64,000 bases of DNA from Nitrosopumilus sp. (lineage in GTDB: Archaea; Thermoproteota; Nitrososphaeria; Nitrososphaerales; Nitrosopumilaceae), in assembly GCA_965223425.1 (NCBI GenBank), contig OZ245003.1:1888001-1952000 (forward strand), written 5' to 3'. Positions within the stretch are counted from its first letter, which is position 1. Each line of letters opens with the position of its first letter. A program made the translations under genes and the position numbers. Below are positions 30,450 through 39,941 of the stretch, in pieces. The notes below the pieces were generated by a model. The model saw only the letters and a list, made by a program, of their open reading frames with translations. It was not told the DNA's origin and made no database searches.

Positions 30450-31009
30450 CCAGAAGTACCTCACGGCAGCACCGGTGGCGGTGGTTTTGGCTATCTGAGG
30501 TCGGGATTCCTGTCATGGTGCGGAATCTTGTGCTTGTCTATTGCAGCTACTGTCGTTTCGTTGCTGATGCGTCGCCTCATGCTGCGGCATGCCGTGTTGA
30601 CCGTATCATGCATCATCTGGTCGCAGAAACAGCTCATCTTGTCCTGCTTTATGATGCGCAGCTTTTTGAGCAGCCAGCTGCCAGACTGCATGCGTATGCC
30701 GGGAGAGCCGAGATCGCGTGCGCTGTTGGCGTATCCGTTGGAGCTGGTCATGACCAGAAGAAGTATGTGCGCTGCATCCCTGAGGCAGTACAGCGTGTTG
30801 TGTCTTGTGCCAAAGGCAAGGCTCAGGCGCTGCAACGCAGACTGGAAGATTTTAAATTCCCTGATGTCTTGGTTCTGTTGGTGTGTTTGCCCATCTTTTC
30901 TGTGCAAGTCAAGGTGGGTGAGCATGCCTTGTATTTGGATCTGGTTGATCGTGTTTTGTTCTTAAAATGATCAGTTTGGGCTATCCAAAATGTACAATCC
31001 CAACTACTG
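30450..31009 (-). pseudogene. ISH3-like transposase N-terminal remnant with left end
   Basis: QSGSWLLKKL...VAAIDKHKIPHHDR; end cagtagttgggattgtac on the minus strand. Confidence 0.7.
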
Positions 31010-31149
31010 TCCAGTGGGAGATCCTTAAAGTCAAGTGCGGTGGTTTTTAGCCCCAATATTATTGCATGAACCCCAAGCTCGCTGTTCTTCACATCGGGCG
31101 CAAACGTGTTCTTGAATGTCCTTTGTTTAGATAAATGCTGAATCACCAT
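31010..31149 (-). pseudogene. Truncated paralog of 31189-31416
   Basis: TFKNTFAP.V.N..L.VH..ILGLKTT shared; cut by the IS end at 31009. Confidence 0.6.
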
Positions 31150-31188
31150 TTCCCAATCTCCTATTAAACAAACGAGGACGGCACGCCA

Positions 31189-31416
31189 TCAGGCCTTGGC
31201 GCGTGTGGCGGGATCGCCCTTGCGCCGTTTGCCCTTTTTAATTCTTTCAAGCTCCTCGCTTACGGCGTCCTGCACCTCCGGCGGGAGGTCTTCAGAGTGG
31301 AGCATCGTGGTTTTCAACCCGAGGATTACGTCGTGTACGGTAAGATATTCGTTTTCCACACGCGGTGCAAACGTGTTCTTGAAAGTCTTTTGGTCAGAGG
31401 TATCTTGAAGCGTCAT
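31189..31416 (-). CDS. Small hypothetical protein
   Basis: 75-aa ORF with an adjacent paralog. Confidence 0.6.
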   Translation of the reverse strand: MTLQDTSDQKTFKNTFAPRVENEYLTVHDVILGLKTTMLHSEDLPPEVQDAVSEELERIKKGKRRKGDPATRAKA

Positions 31417-31810
31417 TTCGTATCTCCATGATTGATAGTTGGTCGTACTGTTTTTTATACTTTAAAGCACGGTTCCTGTCGATTCCAGACATGATTGTTA
31501 TCACGTCCCTGTATGTTACTCCCTCCGGATCAGTCCACTGGCCAAGCATGACTGCCCTTCCCTCCATGCACAACCTGACATATGCCTTCCTCGTAGTTTC
31601 GTTAAAGTTTCTCTCATTGTTTGTGATACCTATGATGTAGACAGGCATACCGCCGTCGGTAAATTCGTCAAAGAATCTATCCTGTTCTTCTGTTTTTGCC
31701 AGGTCAACACATGACTGTAGTTTGGGAACGTAGCTGACGTTACCAGACCCGTATTTTTCGATTGCCCTGACTGCTACATGATAATCCTTTTTGCATTCCT
31801 TCTCTCTCAT
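31394..31810 (-). CDS. Hypothetical protein (138 aa)
   Basis: GGAGGT immediately before ATG at 31810; non-IS part of the 348-aa ORF call. Confidence 0.6.
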   Translation of the reverse strand: MREKECKKDYHVAVRAIEKYGSGNVSYVPKLQSCVDLAKTEEQDRFFDEFTDGGMPVYIIGITNNERNFNETTRKAYVRLCMEGRAVMLGQWTDPEGVTYRDVITIMSGIDRNRALKYKKQYDQLSIMEIRNDASRYL

Positions 31811-31822
31811 ACCTCCAATACT

Positions 31823-33430
31823 AGACTTTATGCATAATTGAATCATAAAAATTTTTCCGAAAGATTTAGATCCATTTTGATCGCCGCAACAGGTAATGGA
31901 ATCTTCAGAACAGACTATACGCAGGCTGCAAAGGGAGCTCAAGCAAAAGGACACAGCAATCAGGCAAAAGGACACAGCAATCAGGCAAAAGGACACAGCA
32001 ATCAGGCAAAAGGACACAGCAATCAGGCAAAAGGACACAGCAATCAGGCAAAAGGACACAGCAATCAAGCAGAACAACAGAGCAATCAAGCAGAACAACA
32101 GAGCAATCAAGCAGAACAACAGAGCAATCAAGCAGAACAACAGAGCAATCAAGCAAAAGGACGCAGCAATCAGCAGGCGCGAGAAGACAATTGGCCTGCT
32201 GCGCGAGCAGCTGCTGCTGCGCGAGGACAGCCTGTGGGCCGTTACAGATGCAGGCCGCTCTGATACGGACACGTCGCTGCTGCACATCAGGGAGGTGATC
32301 CACGGCATACTGCACAACAGCGCAAAGCTTGCGGGAATTACCGTATGACCTTGACCAGTTTGACTACATCTGCAATGACTTTGTGGCAGAGTCAAAGAGG
32401 CACAACAAAGACGCGCCGCTCTTTTCAGAGGACGAAACACCGGATCCCGGAAACCGCTGCCTGCCTGGCCGCAGATCTGTTCTGCTCATGGCGCTGTTCC
32501 GCAAGCGCTCAAACGTGACGCAGGATGCACTGGGGCGCTGTTTGATGTGGATCAGTCCACCGTGTGCAGGTACCTCCGGTTCGCAGATTCCGTGCTGGCA
32601 GGGATCCTGCCTACTGCAGACAGGATGACCCGTCTGGTAAAAAAGGCCGAGACATCAGAGCAGCTAGAGCAGCTAATGCCGGACAGAACCATCATAATTG
32701 ACGGCACCGAGGTGGTGCCAAGGCAGCGTCCGCAGGACAGGGATAAAAGAAAAAACACGTACTCTGGCAAAAAGAAGCGCTTTACGATTAACACCACCAT
32801 AATAACAAACAGGGCAGGCCTGATACTTGCAGCAGGCAGGTCCTTTGAGGGCGGGACGCACGACCTTACCATGATAAGAGAGGATCCGATAGACTTTGGC
32901 AGGTGGTCTAAATCCATGTACAAAAAAGACACTCCGGAAAAGGACAGGATACGAGTACTTGCAGACAAGGGGTACCAGGGATGCCAATCACTACACGGGA
33001 ATAGCACTTGAGATGCCGGAAAAAAAGAGGCCGCGGACGGAGCTGACGCAGCAGCAAAAGGACTCGAACAAAAGGATCAGCGCCAAGAGGGTAAAGGCGG
33101 GGCACGCCATCGGAAGAATAAAGCAGTGGGCGAGGATGACAGACCCGTATGACGGCACGGTAGAGGAGTTTCGCGAGGAGCTGGCTGTGTGTACCGGCCT
33201 TGCGAACTTTCAACTGCTGTGGGATGCAAAGAAAAAGCGGCCGTCACTTGGTTATTGACGGCACAGCACAGGGTGCATGAGGCACTGCAAGAGTGCGCAC
33301 GGATTTCTAATTTCTGCGAATTTACAATGATCTTTTGCATCAAAATTAAATAATTTCCTGGACTGGCTTTGTGTGTCTTGGTAATGTATGCTGCAGAAAA
33401 AATTTGACGGGTCAATTATGCATAAAGTCT
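31823..33430 (+). mobile_element. IS5-like (DDE_Tnp_4) element, copy 2, frameshifted, 3-bp flanks ACT
   Basis: Near-identical inverted copy of 20160-21705 with three extra 21-bp repeats. Confidence 0.88.
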
Positions 33431-33740
33431 ACTGCGCGGTAGCTTATATCATGATTTTCCCTCAGTCTTTTTGCAGTGCGCAGAACCCCTACAGGGTTGT
33501 CCTGGTGCGCCCCAGTTACAAGGCGCATCTGGGCAGATGTGGCTGGGACATGCGGCCTGCCCATCTTCATGCGTGTTGTTCTGATTGTCGGAACCTGGCC
33601 CAGCCTTCGCACATGCCTTGCAGTGATGCCAAGATCTCGGGCTATCTGAGAGGAAACGACTCCTTTTTTGCGCTGCCTGATTATGTATTGCCGTGATTTT
33701 TCTGTCAGTCTTTTTGTCATGGATTTTTGTGATCGGTACA
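33431..33740 (-). pseudogene. IS481-family transposase, N-terminal half
   Basis: MTKRLTEKSRQYIIR...IARDLGITARHVRRL...GRP...HDISYRAV; joins in frame to YRIMKK at 21709. Confidence 0.8.
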
Positions 33741-33775
33741 GCCTGAAATAATCATCTATTGTTCTTCTGATCCTA

Positions 33776-34872
33776 GAGTGGCGATTATAATTAATTTCGC
33801 CTCTCCAGACAGGACTGAACAGAAAAGCTTATTGATCACCAGATCAGCTGCAAGCTGTGAACGAAGTACAGGCACTGACGGAGGCCATGCGTGCAGAGAA
33901 GAACATCAAGATTCGTGACAGGATGCTGGCAGTGCGCGGAGTCCTCATGGGACACTCTACGGCAGATCTTGCAGATATTGCCAACGTAGACCAACGCACA
34001 GTCCAGCTGTGGGTATGCAGGTTCAGAAAATATGGCGCAGATGGCCTCCGGGACGCGCCAGGAAGAGGCAAAAGCCCGGACGTCTTGTACGCATTGATAG
34101 AAAAGCTGGCCTACAGGCTTTGCAAAAAGAACACGCTGACTCCGCGAAAGCTGCGCAACCAGATACGTCGCAAGACAAACAGAAGATACAGCATGTCCAA
34201 CATGCGCAGGATAATGCGCGTCTTTGGATTCTCCTGCAAGACATCCACGACAGTATACGGGAACAGTGCAGGCGCCGACGAGGTACGACGGTGGCAAAAA
34301 GACGCCTCAGCAGTCATTTCACGTGCAAAAAGGCGTGGATTCCGGATTGCGATACAGGACGAGTCGATATTCATAAGGATCGGTGAGGACGGCAAGAAGC
34401 TGTGGTCGCGCATAGGCGATCCCGTGGAGATAGAAAGGTCAGGACGCAGGGACAAGACAGTCGTATACGGGGCGCTTGCAGATGACGGCACCAGACTGAT
34501 GCGCCTGTATGACAAGTTTGACGGCCCTACGTTTGTGAGGTACCTGGCAGAGGCCCGCCGCAAGTGGGGCAAGGTGCTGCTGATAATGGACAATGCCGGC
34601 CAGCACAAGACGGCGGCGGCAAGAAAATACTTGGAGGATCACAAGGGAGAGATCGAGATACTCTACCTGCCTGTTGCCACTCCGAAGCTTAGTGCCATCG
34701 AGGCGTTGTGGAAGCAGGCCAAGTACAGGCTGATCACGGCAGCACACTATGACACGCTTGAAGATCTCAAACACACAGTGTCAGAGTACTTTAGGACATG
34801 TTCCATTAAACTTGACATCTACAGGTATCTAGCTCGTTGTGTTTGAGGCGAAATTTTCAATGATCGCCACTC
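33776..34872 (+). mobile_element. IS630-family element with intact single-ORF transposase (33857-34846), TA TSD in CTAG context
   Basis: IRs gagtggcgat..atttcgcctc / gaggcgaaat..atcgccactc; QDES, MDNAGQH, PKLSAIE. Confidence 0.9.
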
Positions 34873-34951
34873 TAGGCGGACTGACTTTTCATACAATTGA
34901 GGCTCAACGTATTACTAGAAAATTTATAATGTTGGTGATGTTATTGATAAC

Positions 34952-35146
34952 ATGAATCAAACAACCCCTGATCCTGAGATTTGCACTATCTGTTTTTCAG
35001 ATGAATCAGAGCAAGCCAAGGCATTCAATCATTTGATTCATTCTAAGGCAAGTATTAGTGGTGTTGATAAAAACACAATCACCATTAAAAAAAGTGATTG
35101 TGCCACACTAAAAAGTAAGAATATACAGTACCAAGAACTTTCCTAA
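34952..35146 (+). CDS. Small hypothetical protein
   Basis: 64 aa, preceded by BRE/TATA-like gaaaatttataa; 1 bp from the next ORF. Confidence 0.6.
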   Translation: MNQTTPDPEICTICFSDESEQAKAFNHLIHSKASISGVDKNTITIKKSDCATLKSKNIQYQELS

Positions 35147-35147
35147 C

Positions 35148-35486
35148 TTGATGCCTCTACTAAAACTCGAAATATTACTTCCACTTTATCATAATCCTAC
35201 TAAAAACAATAATCGTAAAAAAGTAGACGATGATGAATTTTTAGAAACATACAAGGATTTAATGAGAGAATTTGGCGGATGTACTATTGTTCCTAGTCCT
35301 TTATTTGGAGGTTGGTTAAATCCTGATACTAAAAAAGAGGCAACTGATGAACATATTGTGTATTGGGCTGTTTATGAAGATACAAAAGAGAATATTGAGT
35401 TTTTGAAAAATTTCAAATGTACTCTAAAGAAACGATTCAAACAAGACGATATTATGATGTACTCTGTTTCTATTACTCAGTTCTAA
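35148..35486 (+). CDS. Hypothetical protein, DUF3574/PII-like fold candidate
   Basis: EILLPLYHN...FGGCT...GGW...LKKRFKQDDIM pattern. Confidence 0.65.
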   Translation: MMPLLKLEILLPLYHNPTKNNNRKKVDDDEFLETYKDLMREFGGCTIVPSPLFGGWLNPDTKKEATDEHIVYWAVYEDTKENIEFLKNFKCTLKKRFKQDDIMMYSVSITQF

Positions 35487-35797
35487 TTCTCCCATACGAA
35501 ATCGTCTCTTATCCTACTGCGGGCCATTCTCAGTGTGCTTTGCTGAATCAGGACGTTTCTGATTTGTCTTGCATCTTCTTATACTTTCTTTGTGTCAACT
35601 CATGATTCTGTATGCGATATTCCTCCATGTTTGTTAGCATGTGCCAGATTATCTCAAGCATCATCTGCCTTGCAGCTGCTATCCTTGCCTTTTGTTTTCC
35701 TCTCCTTTTTGCAATTCTTGAATAAAATGATTCCATCCTTGGATCAAATCGTATCGTAGTGTTTGCAGCCTCCACCATTGCATTGCGCAGCCATGCA
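35487..35797 (-). pseudogene. IS110-family transposase C-terminal remnant and right non-coding end
   Basis: AMVEAA...FYSRIAKRRGKQKARIAAARQM..IIWHML. Confidence 0.75.
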
Positions 35798-37241
35798 CAG
35801 TAGATGAAAACGTGTTTTCACGGAGTGGAAGGACGACAAGATTTTGCCTGATCTGCAAACAATCTGGACAGAAAAGGCAATTGATCAGGTGCCCCTGCAG
35901 TTCCTTATGCTTCACCAAAAAGAGCAGCAAAGATACCGACTTGACATGGCAGGCAGGACGTTTAAAATGTTGCCTGCAATGCTGGGAAGAGTCGGCATCA
36001 GTTTCTCTGGCAGATACAACGCCCGTACGGGATAGGCGACTTTGTGCGCGTCATCATATCGATGTGCGAGAGCGGCTCGTGCGCCTCTGGCGTGACAAAG
36101 ATGCTCTCCGTGCGCCACGGGCTGTACCGCATACCGTCGTCGATGTGGATCCTCTCAAAGGTAAGGAATGTCTGCACTGACGCTGATGTGATGGAGAAGC
36201 GGTGCAGGGACATGATACGCGGCACCATACACGAGGCAAGGCGCACCGGCCTTCTCAGGGACATTCCCCACACCATGGCAATTGACACCCACCTGATACC
36301 CAGATATGACAAGAATCCCAGAACCCGGGAAGAGCAGCTGGTGCGCTCAAGACACCGCAGTGGAACCTCGCGGTTTGAGGGGGCGGGTATACCACGTCTA
36401 CATCTGGGCACAAGCTACATCTGGGAACTACTGGTGGAACCTCGCGGTTTGAGGGGGCGGGTATACCACGGCGCAGTGCGTGGACAAGCCCAACCTGAAC
36501 GTGGCGTGCAGGCCCCTCAGAAAGGGGCGGACAAACGCCGATCTCGTGCGTGATCTGCTAAATGATTGCAAGGATGCCTGGGTTTGCGCAGGACTGGTGC
36601 TGCTTGACTGCGGCTTCTTCTCAAGTGGTGTGATGCAGGAGATCCGGGAGGCGGGCCTCAAATTCATCATGCCGGCATCAAGAACCTCCGGAATAAAGAG
36701 GAGGATCATGGAGTACAGTCAGGGAAGGGCGGAGGCCGTCTTGACGTACCGGCTTACCACGCACAACCACAAACCCGGAGAGTCGTTCAGCTTGGTCATA
36801 ATTCCAAAGGAGAAAGGGGACAACGGATGGGATTCAGAGAACGTGCAAGAGAGGTACCTGGCGTATGCCACCAACATGGACTCCACAATGCGATATTTGA
36901 GATAGGAAAGATTCCAAGGGAGTACGAGAGGAGGAGGAGGAGGAGGAGGAGGAGGAGGAGGAGCATTGAAACAGGATACAGGGATACTGAAAGGACGAGG
37001 CCCAAAACCACCAGCCAGAATGCCCCTGTCAGAATGTTTCTGTTTTTCATGGCCCTTGTGATGTACAATCTGTGGGTGATCTCAGTTGCAAGGTCTGCTG
37101 CGTGGCATGGGAGCTACGACACTGCCGCAATCCAACTTGTGATTATGCTTGAGTATATGTCAAGGCTGTCTGTCGGCCTTGAGCATGACGATTAGGTTGG
37201 CCGGATCTGGCGTCTGCCGGGCAGCACATTTTCATCTACTG
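35798..37241 (+). mobile_element. Degenerate ISH3-like IS (different subtype)
   Basis: IRs cagtagatgaaaacgtg / cacattttcatctactg; AIDTHLIP, LLDCGFFS, YLAYATN, IETGYR fragments; (GAG)n expansion ~36927-36963; no matching TSD. Confidence 0.8.
36360..36470. repeat. 37-bp direct repeat flanking a 37-bp IS-end insert
   Basis: gtggaacctcgcggtttgagggggcgggtataccacg at 36360-36396 and 36434-36470; insert tctacatctgggcacaagctacatctgggaactactg. Confidence 0.92.
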
Positions 37242-37474
37242 ATACTGCCAGCAGGAATCCCTCCATACGGATGCTTTTTTTTGTTTTATCACTGGTGCTA
37301 AACAACATCTGGATAGGCCTGCGTCGCACGGTAGGCAGACAAAGATATCATGTGACACTTGCCGGTATTTTAAACAGGATGATCCACGTGGTTGTAACAT
37401 GTGTGTATGCTAGGTGGCTGCCGCCTACCGGGTGATTGGTGGGCTGCTTTGGAACGGTACAATCCCAACTACTG
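37242..37474 (+). pseudogene. ISH3-like transposase C-terminal remnant with right end
   Basis: SRNPSIRMLFF..SLVLNNIW; gtacaatcccaactactg identical to the end at 30992-31009. Confidence 0.65.
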
Positions 37475-38196
37475 TGGTTGCACTAATATGTATAAATCTG
37501 GCCGTTCTACTGCAAGTAAAATATTATCACCACAATATGCTATATCAAATGCTGTTGAATTAAATGGGATTGATTTTGAAAAAATTTTGCATGAAGATAC
37601 TGAACCGTTATCTAAAATAATATTTTTTGTTAATGATGCCTATCTTCCAAACACATAATTCAAAATTTTAGAACTCTGTATCTATCTATTGAAGATCTTA
37701 AGGAAGAAGACTTTGGAATTGATCTTGAGAAATACCGACATCTTCGAAATGCTGTTAGTCATAATTGTATTTATCAAGGAACTCAAAATTCTATTAAAAA
37801 ATTTTTTGGTCCTAGTTATTTTGATTTTAGTTCTTATAACTAATTTGATTTCTATTCTGATAAAAACATTAAACATTTGAAAGATGAAGTTAGAATTTTG
37901 TTAAAGTTGATTCTAGACCATATCAAAGATGAATTGAAAAAATAACTTTTGGCGATTGTAATAAGATGGTTCAAAAACTTACTATATCCACGAGAAAAAG
38001 TTCGCGTGATAAATCCTATTGAACCAAAAACAAACTTTTAGTATGGCACCTGAGAATGGCAGCAGTGTGACAGGAGACGGTTTTGTATGGGAGAACCCAA
38101 AATTTTCCATAAGACAGCAACTGATTATAAAAATAATAAAAAGATAGACTGATTTAAGAAAACAAAAATGAACTCTTAAATTAAAAAATTCATTGC

Positions 38197-38388
38197 CTAC
38201 TCTGATTTTTTGACTTTTTGTGCTGCTGGTCCTTTTTTACCTTCGCCTACTTCAAACTCGACTTTATCGCCTTCGTTGATGAATCCGTCAACATCTGATT
38301 TGTGTACAAACAGATCGTCTCCATCTTCTCTTTCAATAAAACCAAAGCCCTTAGTACGGTTAAACCATTTTACGGTACCTTGTTCCAT
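38197..38388 (-). CDS. cspA: Cold-shock protein
   Basis: [15 protein letters not shown] (RNP1), LFVHKS (RNP2), [10 protein letters not shown]. Confidence 0.95.
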   Translation of the reverse strand: MEQGTVKWFNRTKGFGFIEREDGDDLFVHKSDVDGFINEGDKVEFEVGEGKKGPAAQKVKKSE

Positions 38389-38459
38389 TTGATTTTGAGA
38401 TAATTAATCACTATATTAAGTAAGATGTCAAAAACGGATCATATCAAATAGAATTGAGA

Positions 38460-38771
38460 CTAGAAATCTTTAGGAATGTGATTATTTTCTTTTAACCATG
38501 TAACTTGAGGCAATGTAAACCTCCAAATAATATCACCACGTTCATTGTCTTTGAAATCCCAAGGAGCAATGATCACAATGTCATTATCTCGAATCCAAAC
38601 CCTTCGCTTGAGTTTTCCTCGAATTCTGCCCCGCCGGGTAACATCATCAGCACATTTTATCATGACGTTTTCTCCTCCAAGCATTCTCAAGACACGGCCA
38701 AAAAGTTCGCCCTCCTCTGGCATGCGGATCTCTTTTAGAGCACTTTCATTTTTTACCTGGCGCTTACCCAT
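38460..38771 (-). CDS. eif1a: Translation initiation factor aIF-1A
   Basis: MLGG..V..KCADD..R.GRIRGKLKRRVWIRDNDIVIIAPWDF...GDIIWRF; start placed at MGKRQVK. Confidence 0.93.
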   Translation of the reverse strand: MGKRQVKNESALKEIRMPEEGELFGRVLRMLGGENVMIKCADDVTRRGRIRGKLKRRVWIRDNDIVIIAPWDFKDNERGDIIWRFTLPQVTWLKENNHIPKDF

Positions 38772-38879
38772 GACTCTCACTGCCATTGTGAGCATATAAC
38801 TGATAGGGTTTTTGATGCGCGGGGCGTGTGAGGCAGAATCAAACACAGGGGATTTTATCCACCTAATGAAAGCTAACTT

Positions 38880-39400
38880 GTGGAATTTAGATGCGTAGAG
38901 GAATGTGCGCAGTGCTGTATTGAAAGGGATTATTATCCCAGTAAAAAATTTGGAAAGATAGGGGTGCTAATCCTTCCCGAAGAAAAAGAAAGGATGGCAA
39001 AGTCAGAAGGGCAAGGGGAATAAAGATCCAGATTGCCAAGAATCGGGGTATCTGGAGGCAAAGACTTGATTCCAACGAAAGTTTTGGCATACCAGCTGAT
39101 GGGAGTTGAAGAAAACGGCAACGCCTGTCCTTTTTTGGACGGACAGCGCAGATGATAAATCTCCCCATGGGGGATTTCCGTGCAGAATTTACAAGCAAAG
39201 ACCGCTTGCATGCATGGCCTACCCGTTGATCGAGTCTGATCCAATCACGCTTGATCAGAGATGCAAGTTTGCAGAAAGCACGGCACTGCAGACTGGAACC
39301 TGGATTGAGACAGAGCCGCCTCTGAAAACTAGAAAAAGTGAACGCAGGTGGTTGTTCGTCTGGAGATACGCTGCGGGGACGCGAGGGGGAGGAAGCGGCG
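38880..39400 (+). pseudogene. YkgJ family cysteine-cluster protein, frameshifted
   Basis: FRCVEECAQCC...CPFLD...CRIYKQRPLACMAYP spread over different frames. Confidence 0.75.
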
Positions 39401-39941
39401 ACATACAGGTTCTCGGATCTGCGGGGTTTTGGAGGAATGGGCAGCCAGACGGTGCGTAGCTCCGGCCATGGATGCAAAAGGTGCAGGAAACTGCCGGTTG
39501 GGGGTGATGCACAGGGGCTTGCCGCTGCCCGGGTCTGACCGGTGCGGAGACTGTCATGTCACCAGGCCGACAGAAAACAGCACTGCGATTGCAGACTGCA
39601 TATCAGAAGGGCCTGCCAGAGGCGCGTATTTGCGCAACGGGGTTTGCCAGGTTAAGAGCCAGAGAGGGCGCTGCCCATTATACGGCCAGGGATCTGAAAA
39701 GGGCGCTGCTGCTGCTGCTGCTGCTGCTGTTTGGAACGGCCAAGGAAAACAACGCATATGGGATGATGATATGATGATGCGCCGCAATCCGGTTGCAGGC
39801 TCAACTGGGGACTGCAGGGGTGGGGGTTGGTAAGACCCTGTGTGTGTGCGTGGTGCCAGACAAGCAGATCCTAGCTGCGTTCCCGGTGATCTGCGGCGGG
39901 CATCTGTCTTTGACTGGCAGGTGATACCCTTTGGCGTCCCC

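Noticed and set aside
36360-36470. Bona fide CRISPR array
   Set aside because: Only two repeats, the repeat is transposase coding sequence, and there is no leader or cas gene in the window; kept only as an unusual duplication
30992-37474. The two gtacaatcccaactactg ends as halves of one insertion
   Set aside because: Flanks (TGGA vs TGGT) do not form a clean TSD and much sequence is missing
37490-38080. Hydrophobic-looking ORFs 37682-37880
   Set aside because: AT-rich low-complexity frames; probably off-frame readings of a decayed gene with no recognisable motif
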